A DNA stretch of 63,134 nucleotides, counting the filler, from Octopus bimaculoides (Eukaryota): the NCBI RefSeq assembly GCF_001194135.2. It is 4 parts of 4 records of this genome, joined end to end, with 100 filler letters (N's around TTAATTAATTAA, not from the genome) between each part and the next. Parts side by side here need not be neighbours in the genome. Positions count along the whole stretch, not along the records: positions 1 to 28,998 come from NC_068985.1; 3 more parts are not named here. One strand, 5' to 3'. Within the stretch, counting starts at the first letter, position 1. Each line of letters starts with the position of its first letter. Of this stretch, positions 13,552 to 26,077 are shown in pieces. Position numbers and translations under genes: made by a program. The notes beneath the pieces are model-generated. The model made no database searches. It worked only from the letters and a program-made list of their open reading frames with translations, and was not told the DNA's origin.

Positions 13552-14149
13552 GTCAGCCAAATCTTTCTCATGCCTGTTGTTTTAAAATAAATAGATGTCT
13601 GTGGAACAGGTGGAGGTCAACAGAGTGGTTTTGTTTTAGGTGTTGTATGGGGTTTGCAGTTAATAATAATGTACCTTTTACAAGGCAATTCTCAGTGGGG
13701 TGAGACGGGTCTGCTGAAGGTCATGTGCCAGTGAATGCCTTGTTACTTTATTGTTTGATTATTTTTGGCACCAAATTTTGTGGTGGACTGAAATTGTGTC
13801 TTACAGTCTACTCTTAGATGTTTGTAGCAGTTTTAGGAATGTGTTATCATCGCTCCTATTAATGAAATCACAGGTTGAACCTGATGGAGGAGCAGAATTA
13901 ATTTGAGTCTGTGAGTTCGATGGAGTTGGATTGGCTTTCTGTACTTTGATTGTTCTGTATTGGTGAATTATGGTTTGTGATAACGATGAGTTCGGGCAAA
14001 GGTAGAAATTTACAGGTGTAATATAGATATTGATGGGTGGGATGTTGCATGAGTCAAGAGTAAAACTGGATATGAATGAGGGTGTTTGGGGCTGAATTTG
14101 TTAAGTTGGGATGCCAGAATGCATGAAAGTTGGTAATTTAAAGGACTTT

Positions 14150-14430
14150 GAGTGCAGACAAGGCAAAAAGGTATTTTTTTTCACTTTTATTAAGAATGTT
14201 TTGTGGGTGAGTTACTATTTCCAGCTTCTCTATGGTACATGTATTGCATCTGCTGCCCATCCGGTTGTATATTTTAACCTTGGATCCATCTTATTGAAGG
14301 CTTCCCGTACCATCAGGCTCCAGATGAATCGAAATAGTAAAGTTGGTTTACTTCAGACATCTCTGACTTCTTAAAAGTGATTCAACACATCTCCACCAGT
14401 TCTTTCTCATTTATCAGTTTCCAGTTTGCT
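14150..14430 (-). mobile_element. Penelope-like element remnant, GIY-YIG C-terminus
   Basis: Minus-strand frames give IWSL..GKPSIRWI..NRMGSRCNTCTIEKLEIVTHPQNILNKSE, matching the PLE pattern IWxLK..IKWxI..CxLCxxEKxxI..LLNKRSE. Confidence 0.6.
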
Positions 14431-14628
14431 GAGAGTCGTAACTGTCGTGGAGGAATTGACTGTAACCATAAAAAGACAACCAAAGCTTATGCAAAAATAT
14501 TTACAGAAATAATTGACTCTAAAGTTTTTTTTTCCAAGTCAGTGTTTTTTAGTCTTTGTTTTTCACATTCTGTCTGGAGTCAATTTAATCTACTATGGAT
14601 ATTTTAGGTTGGTCAGAGAGAGAGAGGG

Positions 14629-14668
<40 letters not shown>

Positions 14669-14678
14669 NNNNNNNNNN

Positions 14679-14714
<36 letters not shown>

Positions 14715-14720
<6 letters not shown>

Positions 14721-14905
14721 TTCTCACCACTGTTTGATAACTGGTGTTGGTGTGTTTATGTCCCTATGACTTAGTGATTTGATAAAAATAGATTGATAGA
14801 ACAAGTACCAGGCTTTAAAATAATCACTGGGCCTGGCTTGTTTGACGAGAATTCTTCAAGGTGGTGCCATAGTCTAGTGACCTAACATATAAAAGATAAA
14901 AGATT
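14715..14905 (+). mobile_element. SINE family 1 3' half (CpG-decayed)
   Basis: caccactgtttgataactggtgttggtgtgtttatg...gatagaacaagtaccagg...aaaagataaaagat is homologous to 50405-50600. Confidence 0.75.
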
Positions 14906-15049
14906 AAAAAATCAGTAATGGTCGGTGTGTATATGTAGACGGACCTTCGCTGATATATTGGATGTGTGTAGCTCCTTGTTGTTTATGTGTGGGTGTTTGT
15001 GTACGTGTGTAATACATATGTTCATGACAGTGTATGTATGTGTTCATCC

Positions 15050-15745
15050 CTAGCACTTCAAAATGGAGAATTTCTGGAATGTTGTACAAACTTTCATTGT
15101 ACCACTAAGCATTCGTGCTTGGAGAATGTAAACCATTTGTTTCTTTATGGAGATCCTGGTCATTTCTATACTTTCATGCAAATATTTTGTCGCATAGCTT
15201 ATGGTATCTGTGATGAGAGATAGAAATGAAATTCTAACACCTGAATATAAGAGCTGTAAGTTTCTCGTTATTTCCCCATAGATGTTACCTTTTAGCAATT
15301 TTTGATGAAATCTTTACTTCTGCTGGGCAGCTGATCTTTGCATGACTTTAGTTCCCTTTCCTGCAATATCTGCCACGTTCTGCTTACACCAAGCTGACGT
15401 TTTTATTGGAATGTTCCATTTGTATTTATTTTTAAAGATACAAATGCATTTGTGTTCTTGTGTCTTTGGTATGGCCATCCTTACTGAGTTTAGCATTTTA
15501 GAAGAATTTAGTGAGAATGACATATTTCATGAGAAGGTAGCATTATGTGAACATTTTTGGTCAGCTACTGCTGGTATGGGTGATAGCTTCCACACTGCTA
15601 TGGTACACTTGTCATTTTCTTTCACAACGTTGAAGTTTAGAGGCATTTTATCTCCCTTTTTGATATTTAGTAGGTATCCCCTGTTCCTGGATAGCAAAGA
15701 GTAGCCTTTGAGCTGAGATATGATGCATCTATTGCAGGTCTGTAT
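15050..15745 (-). mobile_element. REL-endonuclease non-LTR retrotransposon 3' fragment (R4/Dong-like architecture), copy A
   Basis: Frameshifted minus-strand motifs in the expected order: FAIQEQGIPTKY, a zinc-knuckle region, KWNIPIKTS..KQNVADI (PD..D region), NIYGEITRNLQLLY, LQ..LSGTMKVCTTF. Confidence 0.75.
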
Positions 15746-15916
15746 ATATCCACGTATGTATGTATGTATGTATGTATGTATGTATGTATGTATGCGTAAG
15801 TGTATGCATGTTTGCATGTGTGTTAGGGTGTGTATGTAATTGTATTTATGTATGTTTGTACATATGTGTGAGTATATGCATGTATGAATAGGTGTGTGTT
15901 ATATAAATCATGTATA

Positions 15917-16580
15917 TTTATTTATTTATTTATTTATGTGTTTCAGCCAAGTGGCTGCGGTCATGCTGGTGCACCACCGTGATTTTTACGTTCCTTGCAT
16001 GGCTCTTCTCCCCCACCTGACATGGTCCAATCAAGAGTTTTGATGGCACATCTGGTGTATAAGAGAATTTGACATAGCTGCCGTAAACTGCGTCTCATTA
16101 CGAGCCATTGGTTCGTCTGGTACCGTGGAGAGGAAAGTGTCAAGTTTTGTCTTGAAGACCTCCGTATCCATGTCTTGCATGTCTCTCAAATGTTTTGGCA
16201 GGGCATTGAAGAGCTGAGGTCCTCTGAAACCGAGGCTGNNNNNNNNNNNNNNNNNNNNNNNNNNNNNNNNNNNNNNNNNNNNNNNNNNNNNNNNNNNNNN
16301 NNNNNNNNNNNNNNNNNNNNNNNNNNNNNNNNNNNNNNNNNNNNNNNNNNNNNNNNNNNNNNNNNNNNNNNNNNNNNNNNNNNNNNNNNNNNNNNNNNNN
16401 NNNNNNNNNNNNNNNNNNNNNNNNNNNNNNNNNNNNNNNNNNNNNNNNNNNNNNNNNNNNNNNNNNNNNNNNNNNNNNNNNNNNNNNNNNNNNNNNNNNN
16501 NNNNNNNNNNNNNNNNNNNNNNNNNNNNNNNNNNNNNNNNNNNNNCTGCTGTCCGCTTAACACTGTGTGTTGACCACAAC
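15917..16580 (-). mobile_element. 5'-truncated CR1/L2-type LINE 3' end with (TAAA)n tail; contains a gap
   Basis: SLGFRGPQLFNALPKHLRDM..VFKTKLDTFLSTVPDEP..AMSNSLIHQ is an RT C-terminus; followed by a short 3' UTR and (TAAA)n. Confidence 0.85.
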
Positions 16581-17546
16581 TGAGAGCAGTTATATATGTG
16601 TATATATATATGTGTATATATATATAAATCATGTGTGTATATATATAAACATGTATATGTGCATGTTTGTATACGTAAATGCTTCTATTTGCCATGCATT
16701 TGTATCTGTGGAGGCTCATGTAAGCACACATATGTATAGAAGTGTATGTGTTTTTACTTATGTATGTATAGGTAGGTATGTACATATGTATGTATGTATG
16801 TATGTATATATGTATGTATGTTTGTTTGTTTGTATGTATGTATGTATGTATATGTGTATGTGTGTATGTAGTGAAGAAAGAGTGTCACGCTTGAAAGAAA
16901 TATTCAGTAATAAATAGATTGAAGGAGCAACTGACTGCTGCAACACATCCAATCTCTTCGTGTGCCCATAAAAATCATAGTGTTTACATTTTGATAGATT
17001 TCTTTTGTACATAAGTTAATTCTATTAGTAATGCATCTCAAGTTAAAGAGACGTCCATACACGATTTCATAGTAGCTTATTAAAAAGGCATCTCTGAATA
17101 TTTCTTACATTTGTTGCATTCATTTCAGCCAACCACGTTTTATAGAATGGTTTCATAACTCACCAATAATTATTTGATGGCAGTAAAAATGCTAAAAATA
17201 TGGACATTAAGCATGACATGATTAATGCGATATAACTTGAAATATTGGTCTTTTATTGTTGTAAGATTTGCTTCCCACAAGAAGCACACTGAATTATTTC
17301 ATCCAAAATAAACTTTTGCTTCCTCAAAATTGAACATACAGTATTTAATGAATAGAAACATATGTTTGTGTGTATATGCGAACATGCACACATCAATACA
17401 GTTATTCAAATAGAAGCATACACACAGGTATACACATACATGCTTACACACACACACACACTGACATCTGTGGATATTACATTCAGCTAGTTATGCAGAT
17501 AGCTCACTTTTTCTTTGGGGTACTCTCTCAATATGTGTGTGTACTT

Positions 17547-17581
<35 letters not shown>

Positions 17582-17756
17582 NNNNNNNNNNNNNNNNNNN
17601 NNNNNNNNNNNNNNNNNNNNNNNNNNNNNNNNNNNNNNNNNNNNNNNNNNNNNNNNNNNNNNNNNNNNNNNNNNNNNNNNNNNNNNNNNNNNNNNNNNNN
17701 NNNNNTATACTCATTTACTCCTATACATACACATATGAAGCATTATGTATGGGACC

Positions 17757-17758
<2 letters not shown>

Positions 17759-17829
<71 letters not shown>

Positions 17830-17850
17830 TAATAATAATAATAATAACAA
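17759..17850. repeat. (AAT)n microsatellite
   Basis: Direct. Confidence 0.97.
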
Positions 17851-19871
17851 TGCTATGTATGTACGTTTATATACATGTATACATGTGCATTTAAGAGAAT
17901 GCACATGTGTGTATACTCACATGAAGGTAAATACAAGTACACATACACATTGATGCACACACACACACACATCAATGCATTTTACTTCATTAAACTTGTC
18001 ATCATTCAATATTTTGTATTTAGTTTTTTTGTATTAAATTTATTGAAAAGACCTTTTAATATTTAACTTTTGCAGATGTCAACATTAATTTTGTACACGT
18101 TTATAAACTTTATTTCTTTTCAGAATAAATGGATCTTTGAACACATATTCATTCACTTAACCGTCATATGGTTCCAAGTTCAGTCCCACAATACAATACT
18201 TAGGCAAGTTCTTCTGCTATGGCCTTCAAGCCTTGCAGCATCCAATAATCTGAGTGAAATTGAGTTGAAAGAAACCGAGCACCTGTGTGTGTGCATGTGT
18301 GTGTGTGTTTGCATATATCCAGTCATAGAATTTATGTATAAAGATCAGTAATTAATAGCTCAATTAATGAGAGGTCATTAAACTCCAACACATAATTACA
18401 TTGCTGTAAATGCAAGTGGGACTGACTTGCATGTATGCATATGTGTGTGTGTGTGTGTGTTTATGAGTGTGTGTGAGTGTGATTAGTGAAAATGATAAAT
18501 ATAAGCATATTCCGCTTAGTCATTCACTGACTAATTGTATAAATAACATTATCAATGTCTTTAAATATATAATACTAAACTCATATTGACGAAACTTGTT
18601 AGCTGTAATACAAGCAACAAATATAATTAAAAAAAAGTTTACTAGAGTAACACATACCAGAAAATATAACCTCTGTAACTATTTCTAATCTAGAGCTAAG
18701 AAATATAATTCCTTACAAACATCCTTAGTATTTTTAATATTGATGGTATTTTTCACAATACTTCCTGATTTGTTGATACTAACCTTATGCTATTCAATAA
18801 TTCATCTGCTGGTATATTGAATGACTTCCATCTCTAGCAAAGTAATAATAATCTATTATCAAATAGTAATAAAAGAAATAGGAAATGGAATTTTACCTGG
18901 TATGATGTTCCATTTTCAATAGATGTCAAAATGAGAATTGCACACTTATTCTTTAAAATTCTTAAAGATAGTTTTCCATTGCAATATAAGTATTACTAAA
19001 TTTTCAACAAATCAACCATTAAACTTTCTTATTCAGCAACCCCTAATTTAGTGATAGTTATTCTAAACTAACCAAAAATTCTTGTATTTATGTGGAATGT
19101 CCTGTCCTCATGGCTTCTCATCTTATCTGATTGAAAGTGTTATTGTGTACATGTTTTATCTTGGGTTACAGAAAATATTCTGCTCAATACCACAGATTTG
19201 CTTGTCAGCTGCTTGACCATAAGCAGTTGAGCCTGTCCCTTGGTGGCGAATGGAATTACTTCCTACTCCTTTCCTACTAATTGAGCAGGGCCATTTACTT
19301 GTTCTTGTCAAACCATCGTACCCATGGTGGTGATGATGATGATGATGATGATGATACACACACACACACACATGCACATGCGCACACACATATATGTGTG
19401 AAAGTACCCAGAGCCATATGTTTGAGAAGTGTCATAGTCAGACAGCTGAATAATATTTTGGTAGAAGTGTAGTAGCTGCACCAATATTTCTTTAACTGTA
19501 CAGAATCTCGTTTTGTAATTCCACCAGATCAATGTCAACCTCTTTTCTGAATGTGAGTGGCTATGTAGCTCCTCTGCAACAAAAATCTGCTCTGGCCCCT
19601 ATTTCTTATTCTCTGACCCCTCATCTTCATGCAAAAACTGTTATCCCAACCTTGGTGTTCATAGTCTTTTGAGGTGTATGGCAGCCACACTACCACTGGC
19701 AGCATGCAAAAAGGTATTCAAGACTTGCTGCAAAGTGGTTAGCACTTAGAAGTGTATTCACTCTCAGGGAAAGAATGCGAAAACAGTTATTGGAGCACAA
19801 TGCAATCCTTAAATACCCATTGAATCTTGTCAAACCATCAAATTTAGGTCAGTAAGGAATATGGATGTCAA

Positions 19872-19904
<33 letters not shown>

Positions 19905-20140
19905 GTGGGGATGATGATGATGGTTATTATTCTATATTCTATTCATAATATGATTTGCTCTTACAGTATTCCTGGAACCAAAATCCTTTCCCCACTTTCT
20001 ATAATGCATTTACATTGCATACAAGATTACTTTAGTGTCGTATTAATACACAGCTCCCATGATTGTTCCCTTCATTAAAAGATCCCGGTACATCTAAGAA
20101 CTGTTCAGCATTGCATGGTGCTGCTCTTGTATAATTGGTC

Positions 20141-20355
20141 AGGCGACAAACTGGCCGAATTGTGAGCATTCTGGACAAGATGCTTGGCTGTATTTCATCC
20201 ATCTTTACACTCTGAGTTTGAGTGCCACGGAGGCTGAGTTTGTCTTTTGTCCTTTGAGGTTGATAAAATAAGCAAGAGTTGACCAGTGGGGGTCAATACA
20301 ATCAACCAAAGCCCTTCCCTCCAAATTTTCAGGCCTTGTGCCTTCTGTAGGAAGG
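20141..20355 (+). mobile_element. SINE family 2, diverged full-length copy
   Basis: Colinear with 42032-42248 from aggcg to gccttgtgcc. Confidence 0.75.
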
Positions 20356-20399
20356 TTATTTATACTCTGGATAAAAATGAGTTAAATTTACCTCTACTA

Positions 20400-20670
20400 C
20401 CACTCTCATGAACGGTACTACTAGCACCACAACAGCTATCACCACTCCAACCATAGCAAACACTGCTGCCACTGCTACCAGCACCAGCACCACCACCACC
20501 ACTGCCACTGTCGCCGCCGCCTCCACCACCACCACCACAGCACCAGCCCCCCCCACCACTGCCACTACCACCACCACTGTCACCTCCACCGCTGCTGCCG
20601 CTGCTGCCGCTGCTGCCGCTGCTGCCGCTGCTGCCACCGCCGCATCCGCCCCCACCACCACCACCACTAC
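20400..20670. repeat. Compound trinucleotide repeat (ACC/ACT/GCC/GCT)
   Basis: Direct; explains the poly-T/poly-A ORFs. Confidence 0.9.
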
Positions 20671-23376
20671 ATAAGCATTGTTCATTTTCTGCTCTCCACT
20701 CCTCTTTCTCCTTTCGCTTTTTTCTCTTAACAACCTTCACCACAACCACCTGACCGATTTCGGAAAGTCTGTGACTGTTAGATCCTTAATCCTGTACCAT
20801 TTCTTCATCTTGGTTCAATATTCTTTTCTCTTCAGCAACTTCTGAGTGTTTTTCCTTGCTTTACCTCAACTCCAGTTTTCTTCGATTATAAACTTGCAGC
20901 TTTCCTACCAGTTTCTCTTATAATATATGTGCCAACTGAACACCGAAGAAGCATCTTTACATGAAAGATGAGCTCTGTTATTGCAAAAAAGATGTTCGTA
21001 TCAATGTACCTAATTTGTGAACCCTTACCATTGTTCGACTGAAGTAAAGCTAAATAATTGTCTTTCATGCTTTTGATTTTTGGAAAAATTGTGCTTTCGA
21101 TATTTTTTCTATCATTTGTTTTGAAGCTTTTAAGTTTGTGTTTCCTCATAAATAACAAAGTTCAAGGTCAGTGTTGTGTGGCATTGGCTCCTACATCTTT
21201 ATTTCTAGCAAGAAAAGAAGAATATGAGAGTGAGGGAAGGAAAGAGAGAAAGAGAGATATGAAGTAAAAGAAAGAAAAAAATAATGAAAGTAAATATGAT
21301 AGCGGCATACACGAAGATAAAACTGGAATAAAAACACTGTCAAAGAAACTAATATTATATAGAAGATGTATATTATACCATTTCTCTTATTCTGCCGATA
21401 TATGTATATATAAATATATATATGTTTATATATATATATGTTTGTTTATATATATATTCTGCCGATATATGTATGTATTGATCTAAACATGGAGAATGAA
21501 GAGTTTCTTGGTTAAAAAAAAAAAAAAGGTGTTTAAAAAGCAAAAATGTTTCTCTCTGTATTCCTTCAACTTTTCAGCCATAAAAATGGTTCTGCTGAAG
21601 ATATCTTAAACTGATAAAGGTTATCATGCACAAAGTGTATACTTTCTAATTCTTTGAATATTCTAAGCTGGCATGAATTTTTCCTGGCTGCTGTTTTTAT
21701 CATGTTTAAATAGAAATCTAAGTTATGTATTTAGCTCAAAAAATCAGACACACCATAATGGTCAATAACAGAAGGTTAAAAGCCACAAAAGTTCTTCAAA
21801 TTGTTGTTCCTTGTTTTTGATTTTCCTTTAATATTATTTGGTTGATTTTTTTTTGTTTTTGTTTTATTCAATTCTTCCATAAACTTCATTTTAGTTTTAG
21901 ACTTGAAGTATCAAATGGATTCAAATTGCCAAATTATATAACTTTCAACAAATAAGAGTTTAGCTAAGATATGGTTAAATACCAGAGTGACCAATAGACT
22001 TTGGTCAGCTTTATTACATCTTGAAACAATCATGGGAATATTGCAAAGATTCTTGCTTTCTATGGCTGACATCTCTCACTTGTCATGTCATGTCATATTC
22101 TACCCCCAAAAATAATGATTCTTTTTCTCTTTAGTAAATATCGATCTGGAGGCTCAAGAAGTTAATAGTCTTTGGCATTTTGACAATTCTTTAAATAAAA
22201 TAATTAAAACAGAACAAAAGGGTAAAAGAGAAAGAAAATGAAAAGAAAAATAGTGAAGCAGTTTAGCAATTACATTAGATTTCCTCACGGCTATTTAGTT
22301 GCATCGTACTTTAGAATCTTACTATTTTTCAATGCAGACCATCATTTGTTCCTCACTTTCTAATGTTTCCCCTCAAAATAAGTATTAGGGTCCATTTAAA
22401 AATGAGATTTATTGGAAATATGGTCCAATTGTGACACAACTGTGTATGCAACATGGTTCACAGACCAAAGAAACTGGTAATGAATAAATAAATCTAACAA
22501 TAAGGATCAAATGTAAATGAAATATTTTTATATCTATCTTTTATCTTTTGCACGATTCGGTCATTAGACTATGGTAATGTTGGTGGTCACATGTTAAAAT
22601 GTACCCATTTCCTACAGTAAAAGGGTTGGTATTGAAGCATTCCAGTTCTAATGAAGACTTTTATGAAAAAAGCTGTGCACATCAGCTTGAAATCAGTTAT
22701 CATCTGTTCTTTGTTGTTTATCAAGGTCTGTGCCATGCTTCAGTTGTGATGGTCTCTTGCTACTCCCTGAGGTCATGAAACAACCTTAGTACTCTTGTAC
22801 TTCAGTACTTATAACCATAGAGTAGACGTGCAGTGTTTAACACTAATGAAATGGCCAAGTACCATTTTTATCTCTACTATTTTGGGTGGCAAAATCCTTT
22901 CTGCAAACTTTAATTTCATCTCTTGTCAACCATTTTCTATACCTAATTCTTTGCTAATTGTGCCATTTTTGGAGTTCCTCTTCCCTGTCAAGTTTCAAAG
23001 AATACTGATCAGGAAGTTTCTTTTCTTTCCTTCTCTCTCTTTATTTTGGAATTCTATTTTTGATTCTTCCTTTTTCTTTTTTACTTATTTTGCTCTCACC
23101 TAAATCATTATCTTTACTTGAAGTGTTTCTAATCCTGTAAACTGATAGAATTGATTAAGAGGTAAACAAAATATTTTGTGCTTTTGGTTCTGACCCTTAT
23201 TTTGTGCAGTTCAAATCCAGATGAAGTCAGCTTTGATTTTCTTCTCTCTGAGTTCCATAACATATCAGACTCGGCTGTTGAAATGATGGAATTCTTATAA
23301 CATTGGACAAAATGCTTTATGGAACTTCTTCAAATTCTTTATATTCAAAGATCCACATTAAGTATGGTGAAATTGT

Positions 23377-23682
23377 AGGAGCACTTCGCCAATTACGGCA
23401 ACAAGGGTCCCAGCTGATACAATCAATGGAACAGCCTGCTGGTGAAATCAACATGTAGGTGGCTGAGCACTCCACAGACACATGTACCCTTAACATAGTT
23501 CTCAGGGATGTTCAACATGACACAAAGTGTGACAAGGCCGGCCCTTTGAAATACAGTTGAGTGGACTGGAGCCAGGTGAAATAAAGTGTCTTGCTCAAGG
23601 ACACAATGCATTGCCAGGAATTGAACTCATGACCTTACGATCATGAGGTGAATGCATGAACCACTAAGCAATGCGCCTTCAC
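23377..23682 (-). mobile_element. SINE family 4 (tRNA-derived), CpG-decayed copy
   Basis: Reverse complement aligns with 57079-57414; contains gtgtccttgagcaagacactttattt on the minus strand. Confidence 0.85.
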
Positions 23683-24675
23683 TGATGAAATTATATTCCA
23701 CAAACAAGCTGACAGAGCCTTATAAAAAAAACGTTCAAACCAAGGGAACAGTCTTCCAATTTACTCAACACAAATTGTTGTTCATTGAGAGAGGTTAGTG
23801 TATTTAAATTGATAAACTTATTCCCATTACTTCCTTTAACATTTAATATCAACCAGACTCTTTTGTAGTCTTCTTTACCAATTTTCTTGCCCATTTCAAT
23901 TGTGTTATAGTTTATCAGTTTAATATTTCTATGGATGATTCTGGGTTAATTTACTGGTTCCTGTGTTTGGTTCTAATGTTTTCAATTTTAATTAATTTCT
24001 TTCTTCTTCAAGTGGGTCTGGTATATTTGTCTAAATCCTGTCTTCATTTTAATTCTATGAATAAATTAATGAATAAATTTTAGTTGATTGCTCTTTAGTA
24101 TTTATTCTAATATCTAAGTCTGCAAAATAGAAGAAATCGTTTATAAGATAGATGAACCTTTAATAACAACTGGTTTATTCAGAACCTTTGTTAAAGTTGA
24201 AGGAATAAGGAGTCTTTCACTTTCATATCTTATGGGTATAGGGCTGATTGTTGTCTACCCTGGTTTTTTAACATGTATTATCTATGTACCATGGGGTGCT
24301 TTCTCAAGATGGAGTGTTGTCTATAATAGCCAATAGTGAGATATCCTATAAAATGCTCTTTGGTAATTGACCCCTGCTATGTTAAGGTTTTTTTCCTTCT
24401 CTTTTTCTGTCACGATCTCAGATCAGGTCACTTGCTGTGCAAGTACATCTCCCCAATAATTCTTGGATTTACTAGTAATTCTCTTTCTAGCATCTTTCTT
24501 GTCTTCTGCTAAGAAATTAACAAGTCATTGTTTTCCATTGAACCCTAAGCTTCTTGATGAAAGGGTTTTAGATTTGGTCTTATGTAAAAAAAAAAAAAGA
24601 TTCAGTAATATTCGATGATAAGGTGTAGAATATGATGTTAATTTACATCATTACTATTTCTATATTGATTAACGT

Positions 24676-24845
24676 CGTGAGTTGGTAGAATCCTGGAAGC
24701 AGCAGACAAAATTACAGACAGCTGTAATTCTTTCTGCTTTTTATGTTCTGAGTTCAAATTCTGACAAGGTCAACTTTGCCTATCATCCTTTTAAGGTCAA
24801 TAAAGTAAAGTACCAGTCAAGTACTGGAGTTGATGGTATTTACTT
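24676..24845 (+). mobile_element. SINE family 2, CpG-decayed copy
   Basis: tttatgttctgagttcaaattctgacaaggtcaactttgcctatcatcc...gtaccagtcaagtactgg. Confidence 0.85.
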
Positions 24846-24874
24846 AGCTATTTCTTCAAATCTCAAGCATTGTG

Positions 24875-25168
24875 CATCATCATGGTCATCATTTAACGTC
24901 CACTGGCATGGGTTGGACGGTTTGACTGGGGACTGGCAAGCCAGGAGGCTGCACCAGGCTCCAATCTGATCTGCCAAGGTTTCTACAACTGGATGCCCTT
25001 CTTAATGCCAACCATTCTGAGAGTGTAATGGGTGCTTTTTACATGCCACAAGCATGGGGGCATTGACCACGCTTGAATGGTGCCATTTACGTGCCATCGG
25101 CACAGGAGCCAGTCAGGTGGCACTGGCAATGACCACACTCGAATGGTGCTCTTTATGTGCCACCGGCA
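24875..25168 (-). mobile_element. SINE family 3 with (GAT)n tail and an internal ~43-bp duplication
   Basis: Minus strand carries tggttggcattaagaagggcatccagttgtagaaa (24980-25014) and ends gacgttaaatgatgac..gatgatg. Related pieces lie at 3290-3425, 8140-8235, 12718-12865 and 19662-19900. Confidence 0.8.
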
Positions 25169-25967
25169 AAATAATTATTAATATTTTAAGTTTTGTATTT
25201 ATGGTTTTGCACTTTGTTTTACTACATTCAAGATATATAATTCTTTTCACCACCATTCTTGTACCATTTTTTCTTGTTACAATCTGTACAGTTCTTAGTT
25301 TTGCTTTCATGCTGTAAGTTTTACCTATATTAATATGATAGTTTGGTTAATTATTTTTATCTTACTTGGTGTCCCAGTTACTATTGCTTATCGCTTTGAA
25401 ATTTGATAGCAAATTCGATGTCCTTCAAAGTGTTGCTTTGTTTGGAAAGAATTAACATGTCTACCAAGCTCAATCAGATTTCCTTGTGTTTCTTATCATG
25501 GTATCTGATTCTCTCACTTTGATCTTGTTAACCTTGACAGACACGTTCCAAAGTAGTGTAATCACATTATTGTCACCTGTGACTGCTTATGCCCTTCATT
25601 TTCCCGTTTTGGTACAAAATAATTTCTGTTCTGTTCAATGGCTAAAACAGTCGAACCTGTCATATCCCTCAATGTATTGTCTTTACAACAATCTGCCAGC
25701 TGCCGATGATGTCCTTTGTTTCTTTATGTTGATTGTATTTGATGGAAGCCTTTTGTCTTATTATTTTGTTTTGTCTAAATCAGATTTTCTATTTCAACTT
25801 TCACAGTAAGGAATTTAAACAATCATATTAGCTCGTTTCCTCTTCATCTGGCATGAGAATTGGCCATAAAGGATATTTCTCTCCACAATTTTCTTTAGTA
25901 TTTCAAGTTTTTGAATGTCACATGAATTTTAACTTATTTTTTAAATCTAAACCTTTCTGTGTCTTAG

Positions 25968-26077
<110 letters not shown>

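Noticed and set aside
13600-14100. Hammerhead search downstream of the minus-strand Penelope remnant
   Set aside because: I found no CUGANGA...GAAA core with pairing helices on either strand.
18893-18995. Minus-strand exon candidate (..LRILKNKCAILILTSIENGTSYQ|gtaaaa)
   Set aside because: No credible acceptor before an in-frame stop.
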